32,000 nucleotides of DNA from Vibrio vulnificus CMCP6 (GTDB taxonomy: Bacteria; Pseudomonadota; Gammaproteobacteria; Enterobacterales; Vibrionaceae). Below, piece after piece: positions 18,202 through 27,470 of the stretch (within the stretch, counting starts at the first letter, position 1; each line of letters starts with the position of its first letter). The notes beneath the pieces are model-generated. The model did not search any database. It was given only the letters and a program-made list of their open reading frames with translations, and was not told where the DNA came from. The translations under genes were made by a program, and so were the position numbers. The stretch covers positions 360,001-392,000 of the forward strand of contig NC_004459.3 of NCBI RefSeq assembly GCF_000039765.1. Reading direction: 5' to 3'.

Positions 18202-19721
18202 GATCTAGCCTTTAAAATGTCTAATGACTCACGATAGTGGCTTTTTAACTTCCTAGGTGAACCTTCTATAAGTTCAATATCAACATTAGGTAGGTTATCA
18301 ATATTCAAGTGTCTGTTTATTATATTGTCTAATTCAATTAGATCTTCTTTATTCCAGTAACCAAGAGAGAATATACTAAAGTTGTCTGATATCTTTTCAA
18401 ACTCCGTTCCAACTAGAGAGTCAGGCTCAAATATAGAAGATAATACTAGTTTGAAATTTTTAATTTCTTTTAATTTTACCAATATAGAATAGATGCATTG
18501 CGAAAATTCTTTAAACGCACAATGATCACTGATTGGTATTTCCTCAATGAATAAAACAAAACTATCAGATTTACATTTGTCTCGTATGATTAACTCTATA
18601 TTATTTAAAATTACAGATATTCGTTCAGACTCATTGATTATGACATTTTCATCGAGATCGTAGGCAATACTTGTAAACATTTGTTGAATGTTTTCATTTA
18701 TAGATGTACCTAAAGAAATATATTGAAAGTCAACTCCGTTTTTGAATAACAGTCTTTGAATAATAGCAGTTTTTCCAACACCAGATGGGCCACAAATCCA
18801 TAGTCCTGATAATCTGAATTTATTTAAAACTATTTGGTCTACATCTCTATGTAGGTAGAAATTTTCTTGATTAGGGGTATATAAATCGAAAAGGACATCT
18901 TCCTTGGAGTCATCTGTTTTTGCTGATGAACTTGTTAACTTTATTTTGCAGAAGTCATTTCTTTCAATAAAACCCCAGAGTGCTTTGTGTGATTGGCTAT
19001 CTTCATTTTCTGGCTTTACGATAGATGAATGATCTGTTCCTGCTATAAGTTTAGCTTTACCAAAGTAGCGTGCGGCTGACTCCTTGGATACAACTCGGTG
19101 TTTTGAATGATTTAACAAGGTCAAATGAAAAGGAGACCTATTTTCATAGCACTCTAAACCGACAATATCAAGCTTAGATGATTGCAATAACTCTTTAAAT
19201 CTACCATCAAGATCATCTAATAATGCACTTCCCCAAGCTAGTTCTTGAGCTAGTTGGTTTTTGAATCGTTTTGCAATCCAACCGAAGCTAGATGCCATCC
19301 GTGAGCCAAAAGAAGGAGATGCATATAGTGCCAATCCAATTTTCTTTCCAACAAATTTGTCTGATTTTGACTCTAAAATATACCTTGCAATTATTCCACC
19401 AGTACTGTGAGTTACGAAAATGATATTACTTTTACTTAGAGCTGGACTTCTCATGTGTTTGTCGGTTTGGCTAATGTGATCCCAAACTTCGTCTGAGCAG
19501 TTTTGAACTCCATAATCATTTGAGTCTATTGATGTATAAAAGTTGGCTAGAAATATATCAATTCCATTAAATCTAGGATCGCTTGCGATTAAGTCAGGCC
19601 AGTAGCGCTGATTCTTATCGTTGAACCAGCATTTTTTACTACTAGAAAATAATCCATGGATAAATATTATGACAGTGTTACTGTTTGAGTACCTTAACCA
19701 ACCATTTTCTTGGACGTTCAA
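18198..19721 (-). CDS. Alpha/beta hydrolase (PGAP1/DUF676-type) fused to P-loop NTPase (507 aa, TTG start)
   Basis: VIIFIHGLFSS, nucleophile elbow IIFVTHSTGGIIARY, catalytic His context GTDHSSIVKP; then FYLHRDVDQIV...GLWICGPSGVGKTAII (Walker A) and SFVLFIEEIP (Walker B). Confidence 0.82.
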   Translation of the reverse strand: MNVQENGWLRYSNSNTVIIFIHGLFSSSKKCWFNDKNQRYWPDLIASDPRFNGIDIFLANFYTSIDSNDYGVQNCSDEVWDHISQTDKHMRSPALSKSNIIFVTHSTGGIIARYILESKSDKFVGKKIGLALYASPSFGSRMASSFGWIAKRFKNQLAQELAWGSALLDDLDGRFKELLQSSKLDIVGLECYENRSPFHLTLLNHSKHRVVSKESAARYFGKAKLIAGTDHSSIVKPENEDSQSHKALWGFIERNDFCKIKLTSSSAKTDDSKEDVLFDLYTPNQENFYLHRDVDQIVLNKFRLSGLWICGPSGVGKTAIIQRLLFKNGVDFQYISLGTSINENIQQMFTSIAYDLDENVIINESERISVILNNIELIIRDKCKSDSFVLFIEEIPISDHCAFKEFSQCIYSILVKLKEIKNFKLVLSSIFEPDSLVGTEFEKISDNFSIFSLGYWNKEDLIELDNIINRHLNIDNLPNVDIELIEGSPRKLKSHYRESLDILKARS

Positions 19722-19846
19722 AATATGCCTTAAAGCTTTGATTTTTAATTATGATACAGCGCTCGCATCAATAAAATCAATAAACAGTGTCAGTCCTGTT
19801 TAACAATTCTTAAATTTCATTATTTAAGGAAAAATGCGTTAGGTCA

Positions 19847-20335
19847 TCAAGATTCCACTCTAATCGCTCTATGTAGGGCTGTAACACCCCTGTCAAAATC
19901 CTTACCATATCTATCAAAAACAATTGAGCCATTCTCACGCCCAACATTGCCCTGTACAAAGCAGCTCTCAACGGTGGAGTCTTGCTTTAAGTAGCTGATA
20001 AAATTATGTAAAAAAAATAAAAGTCATGCCCCTTGTCAAAACTAAGATTTGATTTAAATAGAGCAAACCAATTCGAAGCGTTACCACCTAATCCATTTGT
20101 TTTCTGCATAGAGTAGTTCTGGGAAAATTCCCTCTTCATTTGATGCCACATAATCTAAAAAGCCTAATTCGATTAGCTTTGAATGGATTGGGACTAAACG
20201 TCTAGCTGAATCATTTTCTAGTCTCTGGCCTTCAAGAGTGTCAGAGAAGCTAAGACAGCAAATATTGTCGTCTTTTTGTATGTCTGTACAGTGATGCTGT
20301 GCTAGCTTATTGAGTCTTGCACCAGAGAGTTCTCT
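19847..20335 (-). pseudogene. Decayed tyrosine recombinase/integrase remnant
   Basis: Reverse-strand fragment ...ENDSARRLVPIHSKLIELGFLDYVASNEEGIFPELLYAENKWIRW* matches the integrase core; C-terminal-like fragment GREN...FDRYGKDFDRGVTALHRAIRVES* follows. Confidence 0.7.
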
Positions 20336-20524
20336 CTGAAATTAGATTTTATAGTCTTTATTATTGCAGGTAAGTAGATAAGTACTCGACAAGTAAACTG
20401 AAGGTTTTCGGAATCTCTTTTGCGCCCCCTAAGATAAAGATACTTTTAACCGTCGATTTCGAATAACTTTTTGTAGGGCAATTGCACATTAACAAGATAT
20501 TAATGAGTAATAGCACTAAGCAGA

Positions 20525-20601
20525 AATGGGGCAAAGGTGTGTTTGCTATGATCGGCATGCTTTGCGAAATTAAGTGGCACTGATTTGAGATTAACTACCC
20601 C
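20525..20601. repeat. Leader-like segment preceding the palindromic tandem array
   Basis: AATGGGGCAAAGGTGTGTTTGCTATGATCGGCATGCTTTGCGAAATTAAGTGGCACTGATTTGAG, similar to 7283-7360. Confidence 0.65.
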
Positions 20602-21691
20602 ATTCCCACGCATGGGAATCAGTCAGAATCGGCATACTCAATGAAACCGAGAGTCGCTGATGTGAAGTTGACTCCCCCATTCCCATGCATGGGAATCAAC
20701 CTAGATCGGCATCGTCAGTGGAAACCTGTGCCGCTGATGTGAAGTTGACTACTCCATTCCCACGTATGGGAACCAACCTAGATCGTTATGGTCAACGAAA
20801 TCCAGTGCCGCTGATTTGAAGTTGGCTACTCCATTCCCACGCATGGGAATCAGTCAGAATCGGCAGGTCAATAAAATCGAGAGCCGCTGATGTGAAGTTG
20901 ACTACCCTATTCCCACGCATGGGAATCAGTCAGAATCGACAGGTCAATGAAATCGAGAGCCGCTGATGTGAAGTTGACTCCCCCATTCCCATGCATGGGA
21001 ATCAACCTAGATCGGCATCGTCAGTGGAAACCTGTGCCGCTGATGTGAAGTTGACTACTCCATTCCCACGTATGGGAATCAACCTAGATCGTTATGGTCA
21101 ACGAAATCCAGTGCCGCTGATTTGAAGTTGGCTACTCCATTCCCACGCATGGGAATCAGTCAGAATCGGCAGGTCAATAAAATCGAGAGCCGCTGATGTG
21201 AAGTTGACTACCCTATTCCCACGCATGGGAATCAACCTAGATCGGTATCGTCAGTGAAAACCAGTGCCACTGATTTGAGTTAGTTACTCTATTCCCACGC
21301 ATGGGAATCAGTCAGAATCGACAGGTCAATGAAATCGAGAGCCGCTGATGTGAAGTTGACTCCCCCATTCCCATGCATGGGAATCAACCTAGATCGGCAT
21401 CGTCAGTGAAAACCAGTGCCACTGATTTGAAGTTGGCTACTCCATTCCCACGCATGGGAATCAGTCAGAATCGGCAGGTCAATGAAATCGAGAGTCGCTG
21501 ATGTGAAGTTGACTACCCCATTCCCACGCATGGGAATCAGCCATGTTCGGCATACTCAATGAAATCCAGTGCCGCTGATGTGAAGTTGACTCCCCCATTC
21601 TCACGCATGGGAATCAACCTAGATCGTTATGGTTAACGAAATCAAGTGCCGCTGATTTGAAGTTAGCTGCTCTATTCCCACGTATGGGATT
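20602..21691. repeat. Tandem array of 15 palindrome-bearing units, period 76-77 bp
   Basis: ATTCCCAYGYATGGGAAT-type palindromes start at 20602, 20679, 20756, 20833, 20909, 20985, 21062, 21139, 21215, 21291, 21367, 21444, 21520, 21597, 21674. Confidence 0.95.
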
Positions 21692-21986
21692 GCTTTATTC
21701 TAGGTTATTCATATTACTGTTGCGCTGTAAAAGCCTACACCTTTAAATTCAACTCGAATGTAAACTGTAAATTATAGATAAAAAGTAACACCACTACCTT
21801 TCATTAAATTATTATTCAATATAACACATTACATTATTGCCACATGGCAAAGAAATATATCATTAAAACAAATCAACAATAGCCCCTCACTACCACACTA
21901 AAAACAAGAAACATAAAGCATTAAAACTTGAAAGACTTAGATAGATAAGCTATAAAATAAAAACCAACTCATAAATACTTATAATC

Positions 21987-22697
21987 ATGAACAATAAAGT
22001 TAAAGATATCATTGATAATATATTAAAAAACATTTTCAACCATTTAGCGACAAGAAATTCATTCACTCTTTACTACAATGAAGTTTTTCAAGAGTTAGAA
22101 ATATCACTTGCTCAAGATATACCTAACCCCAACATCTCTTATCCCGCAATTAACTCAATATACTTAACAGAACACTGGCAAAACAAAGGAGTTTTGAACT
22201 ATTTAGTAGAGCGGTTACTTGAGCTAGAGTGGGTAAATGGTGTTGCAATTCAATCAATAACCAACCCAATTTTAGGAATGAGCTTGCTACACAACCCCAA
22301 ATGGATTCCGATTATAAATACTAACCAGTTTCATCGGCTGGATCGAATTATCCCGCTCGTGAGAGATAATAAAGAATACTACGATTTATTTTTACAAACA
22401 TTCGAAAAGAAAAGGCCTGCATTCAGTACATTAGATCTATCTATACTAAAAGAAAGTTATATAAGAGTTACTAGTAGAAAAGAAACAGACATACCGTATC
22501 TAACAGATGACCAACTATGTGGATTCGCTCCAGAATATGATGGTACTTCGCTAATAAAACTACCAGAGTGTCATTATAATAATTATAAAAATCAAATCAC
22601 AGCATTAGCTGAAAATCACGGTATATCAGCGCATCACTACATCGGTATGTCTAAATTTTTTGATAGTTTTATAACTTTAAAAAACCCACGTAGTTAA
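21987..22697 (+). CDS. Hypothetical protein (236 aa), possibly GNAT-like
   Basis: Intact ORF; SIYLTEHWQNKGVLNYLVERLLELEWVNGVAIQSITNP resembles a GNAT acetyl-CoA-binding segment only weakly. Confidence 0.6.
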   Translation: MNNKVKDIIDNILKNIFNHLATRNSFTLYYNEVFQELEISLAQDIPNPNISYPAINSIYLTEHWQNKGVLNYLVERLLELEWVNGVAIQSITNPILGMSLLHNPKWIPIINTNQFHRLDRIIPLVRDNKEYYDLFLQTFEKKRPAFSTLDLSILKESYIRVTSRKETDIPYLTDDQLCGFAPEYDGTSLIKLPECHYNNYKNQITALAENHGISAHHYIGMSKFFDSFITLKNPRS

Positions 22698-22825
22698 ACT
22701 ATGTTATAAAAAAGTAAAAACGAATAAAACTCACCTTATTTAAGGCATTAACATTTCGTATAAGTAACGCAATATCAGTTGAGATCACTTCCGATTTTAG
22801 GAATGGCAATTACAGCTAGCTAGTT

Positions 22826-22845
22826 CATTCCCATGCATGGGAATG
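22826..22845. repeat. Solo palindrome CATTCCCATGCATGGGAATG
   Basis: Perfect 20-bp palindrome with the same core as the array. Confidence 0.75.
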
Positions 22846-22992
22846 GCTTATTCAATATGTGTCGGTTTGTATGTGCGAAACAGAGCCAAAACCTAAACAT
22901 TAACCCGAAACAGAAACTTAAGGTCACTAGGACTGTAACTTCCTTCTAGCGCACGGCTCAGAAACAGTATTCACAAGCCTATGTTTAGAAAA

Positions 22993-23019
22993 CAAACAGC
23001 CCCAATGAGGCTGTTTGTC
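22993..23019. terminator. Hairpin, likely terminator
   Basis: ACAAACAGCC-CCAATGA-GGCTGTTTGT, perfect 10-bp stem, weak T-tract. Confidence 0.5.
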
Positions 23020-23289
23020 ATCTAAGGAGATAACATTGTAAGACCTAAGCGATGGCTAGAGCTGAAGAAGCCTTGAAAGATTGCTCTGTCAGTTCTGCCC
23101 CCAAGTTACTTAGAGTAGATGCTCTTTACTCAACCTATAAATACTTAGTGACCGACGTTTTCTAATGTAAGATTTTAAATTTAATTCGGTCACCGATAAG
23201 CCTAAATGGGCCACAAAAGCAAGGCCTGATTTTGTCTTGTTTGTTACCACTCCTTGGGAGTATCTTAGCGGTGGATTGGAACTCTTATG

Positions 23290-25128
23290 CTACTTGTTCA
23301 GGATAAAAACTGGCAAACCATCAGAACCAATATAACTTTTTTCACCAGCCCGCCTTGCTTTGATCGATCTTTTCGATGCAGCATTATCTTTTTCATATTC
23401 TTTAGGGCTTAATACTTTCAGTGCTTTCTTTTTTATGCCATCTGTTAAACGAAGATACTTATCAACACTAGGTGGAACAATCGCATTGCCATCTTTAAGT
23501 TTCACACCAAATATCTCTATGTAAAATTCAATATCTCGTAATACTTCATATACTGACGAGCGATCTACCCTCCAAAAGCGGTTAGGTTTAGTTAGCACTT
23601 TCGCCTTTGTCTTATCAAACTTGCCGTTATGGTATGAGTCGATAAATTCTTCTAACTGAAAATCCATGTGCCAAAATGGGAGTATTAACTTACCCGACCA
23701 ATCAGACACGTGTAGGCTTTCAATCAACCGCATATTGTACACTTTAATTGAATATGCAATTAGCTGACTATCTTCATTGAAACGATTGATATCAATGAGC
23801 GTCTTTGTTCTTCGATCAAAAGGCGTAGAGAATGGTGGCAAAACAACAAAATCTCCAAAAGAACTCAAACAATTTCTAATTGCAGCAATGAGTTTCGTCA
23901 TTTTATTGTGTTGGACGGTTTGTAAGCACACTAATGAGATAGCCAATACTATGCAAGACAAAACAAGTAATTGCTGAGATGAAGAGGAACTTTTTCTAAC
24001 CTTTTCAATAAAGTTAATAAATTCCTGTCGTGCTCGTTCATGAGCATTAGATATTATAATTCCGTAGGTATTGTCATCAACATGCTTACTTTTATCAATA
24101 ACACTTTGTAATAGTGTAGGGTCAAAACCTTCAAAATCAGCCATGTGCTCATGCAATATCAACAAGATATACTCAAAGCCATTATTAGCTGCAACCGTAG
24201 GAAAACCTCCGACTAACTCATTGATAGCATGTATATTTTTCAAGGTGTGTTGGCTGGTTTCTTTTACCAAGTTAGATTCTAGATAATTAAACACCTCAAT
24301 AAGTGAATCAGAAGCGTCAGTTTCAGTACCCGTTTCAAAATTATCTTGTATCTTTTCAAAGGAAAGAAGGAAATTGTCCATTTTTAGCATTACTTCATCA
24401 GCATCAGAAATAGTCAACTCTTCAAAATCAATGCCTTTTATAGCTTTTCTTAATACACCGCCAGCCTTAACCACTGATCTAATCTGGGGAAGTAATTTAG
24501 CATTTTCACGACCAACTAAATCAGCTTGAAACTTTTCAAGCAAATTTTTATTTAACTCGTCACAATATGAAATTGATTTCCATCCCTTATTCGAGGCCAG
24601 ATCGCTTTTTATATCTCCACTGACTCCCCTTGGAAGCACTAGAGCCAGTTTTTGGCGAATGAATGATTCAACATCACAGCTTTTAGATTTTGTAGCTTTT
24701 CTTACATCATCGCTTCCTTGCAAGATCTCAATCAACCAAGTCCTCATAGTAGACAATGGCGATTCTCTATCAATCCTACCTTCTAGTTTGCCTATTGCTG
24801 AAATTGCGTATGGTATGCACCAATAACTGATGAATATCGCCCTATTTTTCTGTTGATTAGCTTCATCCCTAGCTAAAGGGCCTAGTAGCAAATTAAGTTC
24901 CTGCATTGCTCCTAAAAGCGTCCCTATCGTTTGATCTATGTATAACCATATGTCGGGATCATCTGAAGATAAAGCAGAAGTTATAAGAACGCATTTTTCT
25001 TTGAATATCTCATTTTGACTCTCAAATTCTGAGCGACTATCAATAGCAATCTTTTTGTTTTTACTAAGCTTCAGATCCAGTAACTCGAACACAAAGTCAA
25101 CAGTCTGAGCAGTATTTGGAATCAACAT
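23290..25128 (-). CDS. Large hypothetical protein with a central transmembrane segment (612 aa)
   Basis: Long intact ORF; QLLVLSCIVLAISLVCLQTV hydrophobic segment. Confidence 0.8.
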   Translation of the reverse strand: MLIPNTAQTVDFVFELLDLKLSKNKKIAIDSRSEFESQNEIFKEKCVLITSALSSDDPDIWLYIDQTIGTLLGAMQELNLLLGPLARDEANQQKNRAIFISYWCIPYAISAIGKLEGRIDRESPLSTMRTWLIEILQGSDDVRKATKSKSCDVESFIRQKLALVLPRGVSGDIKSDLASNKGWKSISYCDELNKNLLEKFQADLVGRENAKLLPQIRSVVKAGGVLRKAIKGIDFEELTISDADEVMLKMDNFLLSFEKIQDNFETGTETDASDSLIEVFNYLESNLVKETSQHTLKNIHAINELVGGFPTVAANNGFEYILLILHEHMADFEGFDPTLLQSVIDKSKHVDDNTYGIIISNAHERARQEFINFIEKVRKSSSSSQQLLVLSCIVLAISLVCLQTVQHNKMTKLIAAIRNCLSSFGDFVVLPPFSTPFDRRTKTLIDINRFNEDSQLIAYSIKVYNMRLIESLHVSDWSGKLILPFWHMDFQLEEFIDSYHNGKFDKTKAKVLTKPNRFWRVDRSSVYEVLRDIEFYIEIFGVKLKDGNAIVPPSVDKYLRLTDGIKKKALKVLSPKEYEKDNAASKRSIKARRAGEKSYIGSDGLPVFILNK

Positions 25129-25257
25129 AATGGCGTCCCAACCCTCTGATTAAATTAGATTATCATCTTGCACCTCTTAAGCTTCATTTTCAAATAAAGC
25201 TGGCTCGAATAAAACTGGGGGTATAAAAAAATTCGCTCTTACATACACTAACCCTAG

Positions 25258-25506
25258 ATGATGAAGGAGAGTGAAATGCAACTTTACAACAATATTGATT
25301 TCGGAACTGGTGTCCCAAACCATGTAGTAAAAAAAGCATCAGAAATCTTGTCATCATCGGTCATGGAAAAACGGTATCCCAGAAAAATTAAGACAAGATT
25401 TGGTATCAAATTTGTATTTAATGTAGGGGCTAGATACCGACTACTTTCCACTGACAAACAAAATTGGAAGCTCTTAACACATGAGACTTACAACAGATAC
25501 TCATAA
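25258..25506 (+). CDS. Small hypothetical protein (82 aa)
   Basis: ORF ending in WKLLTHETYNRYS, a pattern seen in small plasmid/phage proteins. Confidence 0.55.
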   Translation: MMKESEMQLYNNIDFGTGVPNHVVKKASEILSSSVMEKRYPRKIKTRFGIKFVFNVGARYRLLSTDKQNWKLLTHETYNRYS

Positions 25507-25527
25507 CCAACGATCAAAGGTGATTAC

Positions 25528-25755
25528 ATGAAAAAACAAGACAGGTGGTGTATGCCATTAAAACGAAAGGGTAAACCTACTATTTCAGGTGGAGCGGCAA
25601 GAAATGTTAGAATTGCAGAATCTGGAGGAATGGATTCGATTGTAGCAAACGCAGTCGATTTCGCACTAAACCAAGCCAATCTAATATCTGGTTCAATTCC
25701 CAATGAAACATCATTGCTACCCACAAATACAGGCGATAACCGCCCACTTCATTAA
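25528..25755 (+). CDS. Small hypothetical protein (75 aa)
   Basis: ORF in tandem with neighbours. Confidence 0.45.
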   Translation: MKKQDRWCMPLKRKGKPTISGGAARNVRIAESGGMDSIVANAVDFALNQANLISGSIPNETSLLPTNTGDNRPLH

Positions 25756-25782
25756 TGACGGTTATACACAGGAGAGTTCAAA

Positions 25783-26040
25783 ATGAAAGAAGTACTTTGT
25801 TCGCTATGTAATGGTCGTGGTAGTGACGTAACTATTAGATGCACTAACTGCCATGGTTCAGGTTATGATCCAGAAGAAGACAAGCCGTTCGCGCAGTGCC
25901 ACACCTGTTATGGCGAAGGTGTTGAGGAAGTTGAAGTTTGTCCTAATTGTGGTGGTGAAGGCTATTGTTACGAAGACGAAAATGATTATGAAGATGAAGA
26001 TGATTATGAAGATGATTATGAAGAAGGTGGAAGGCCGTAA
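25783..26040 (+). CDS. DnaJ-type zinc-finger small protein with acidic tail (85 aa)
   Basis: CxxCxGxG-like repeats CSLCNGRG, CTNCHGSG, CHTCYGEG, CPNCGGEG; C-terminal EDENDYEDEDDYEDDYEEGG. Confidence 0.8.
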   Translation: MKEVLCSLCNGRGSDVTIRCTNCHGSGYDPEEDKPFAQCHTCYGEGVEEVEVCPNCGGEGYCYEDENDYEDEDDYEDDYEEGGRP

Positions 26041-26091
26041 ATAGTTCTGTTTGACTGCCAACGCTTAGTTTCAATTTCAAGATAGTTATCC

Positions 26092-26138
26092 CAAGTTGAC
26101 AGAAGCGAGCATCCGTCTAGCTCGCTTCTGTCAACTTG
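26092..26138. terminator. Long perfect hairpin between convergent genes
   Basis: CAAGTTGACAGAAGCGAGC-ATCCGTCTA-GCTCGCTTCTGTCAACTTG, 19-bp perfect stem, no T-run. Confidence 0.55.
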
Positions 26139-26186
26139 TGGATTTAACGAAGCAGCTCCGCGGTTGGTCACAGGCCGACTTTGGTA

Positions 26187-26447
26187 TTACTGATATTTTC
26201 TTGCTATCTCTCGAATCTCTTTCATTTTCTTCTTGTCATCAGTAACAATGATTTCAAGAAGTTCGAGAACTTTAACTTGTAGCTTACTGCATTTCTTACC
26301 CGCAAATGCTTGCTGAACAGTGTTCCTAGACAGACCTGTCAGCTTCACCATGCCGCTGACAGGGTTGATGACTGAGTTATTGTATCCATGTCTTTCTTTG
26401 AACAGATACTTGTCTGCAAATTCAATTACTTCGTTAGTGTGTTGCAT
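26187..26447 (-). CDS. Small putative DNA-binding protein (86 aa)
   Basis: MVKLTGLSRNTVQQAFAGKKCSKLQVKVLELL resembles a HTH. Confidence 0.55.
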   Translation of the reverse strand: MQHTNEVIEFADKYLFKERHGYNNSVINPVSGMVKLTGLSRNTVQQAFAGKKCSKLQVKVLELLEIIVTDDKKKMKEIREIARKYQ

Positions 26448-26500
26448 GTTGTGCCTCTTTATTATTTTTATTAAAGCCCCTGACAGGGGCTTCTGGAGGA

Positions 26501-26833
26501 TTATGAGTCGTAGCGCTCGACTAGCTCATTAACCAACGCATGCTGCATGTCTCTTGCGTTGTCGATGAAGCTGCAATCAGTTAGTTCAAACTTATCGTCC
26601 AGCTCGTGAATATCGATGAACTCGCTTAGAACTTGCTCACACACATCTTCGTCACCAAACACTAACTGTTCACAGAAACCTCTGACGGAACCGCTTTCCT
26701 TTTCCATATAATCGACATCCCACTCTCTTAACATAAGCTTTTCTCTTTGAGCATCAACAGCTTTGATCATTAGAGATAGAAGTAGTTCTTTTTTGCTTTC
26801 AACTTTTATTTCAGTTTCTTTAAAATCTTTCAT
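26501..26833 (-). CDS. Hypothetical protein (110 aa)
   Basis: Intact ORF. Confidence 0.55.
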   Translation of the reverse strand: MKDFKETEIKVESKKELLLSLMIKAVDAQREKLMLREWDVDYMEKESGSVRGFCEQLVFGDEDVCEQVLSEFIDIHELDDKFELTDCSFIDNARDMQHALVNELVERYDS

Positions 26834-27227
26834 TTTGTATTTTCCATTTTTATTATTAACTTTCGGTGTTTAAGTGTCCCCCTTTACTTTATGTTTATAT
26901 TGCAAACTTTTATATTACAAATACAAATAACAAAGTTATAATGAGTGGCATTTTTAATGATTATTTTTATTTTATTTAAAAATAATACATAAAGAAATAA
27001 AAAGGCAAAAATGGCGATTTGATGTCAATTACCTTTTTTAATTAATTAAACCCATGCAACTAAAACAGATAATTTATTTAAGATAAAAAATGCCCCGACC
27101 AGTAGCGAAAAGGTCAGGGCGAAAAAGACCCCAGTTTTAACTGGGGTTAAAAGCTTTGTAAAGTATGAGTTGACGTACAATCACCTCACACTTTTAATAT
27201 AATAAATTAAAATATTATAATCAACTT

Positions 27228-27470
27228 TTAAATGTCACTTTCAGCAAGGTTGAATTGCAAATAAAACAATGCAAGGGTGCTTTTATCTTTTAAACCATCA
27301 TTTATTATATTAATCGCTTTTCTCTGTGTGCAAAACAGCATTTCACTTAAGGCTTTACTAGATGCCTTGTTTCTGTATGTATAACCATTTTTGATTAAGA
27401 TGGATGACACTTCACTTCCGCTCAGAAATGGTTTTGATTCGATTAAATTATTAACACTATGCATGTTCAT
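27228..27470 (-). CDS. Small hypothetical protein (80 aa), overlaps 3' end of the replication gene
   Basis: ORF overlaps the stop region of 27457-29955 by 14 nt; coupled arrangement. Confidence 0.55.
   Translation of the reverse strand: MNMHSVNNLIESKPFLSGSEVSSILIKNGYTYRNKASSKALSEMLFCTQRKAINIINDGLKDKSTLALFYLQFNLAESDI

Noticed and set aside
20361-20558. 65-aa minus-strand ORF
   Set aside because: Overlaps the array leader and decayed DNA; no recognisable protein features.
20602-21691. CRISPR array
   Set aside because: Palindromic ~18-bp cores are regularly spaced, but the intervening ~58 bp are themselves conserved in two sub-families rather than unique spacers, and no cas genes are visible.
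20602-21691. Integron attC array (VCR-like)
   Set aside because: Units lack RYYYAAC/GTTRRRY cores and there are no cassette ORFs between the palindromes.
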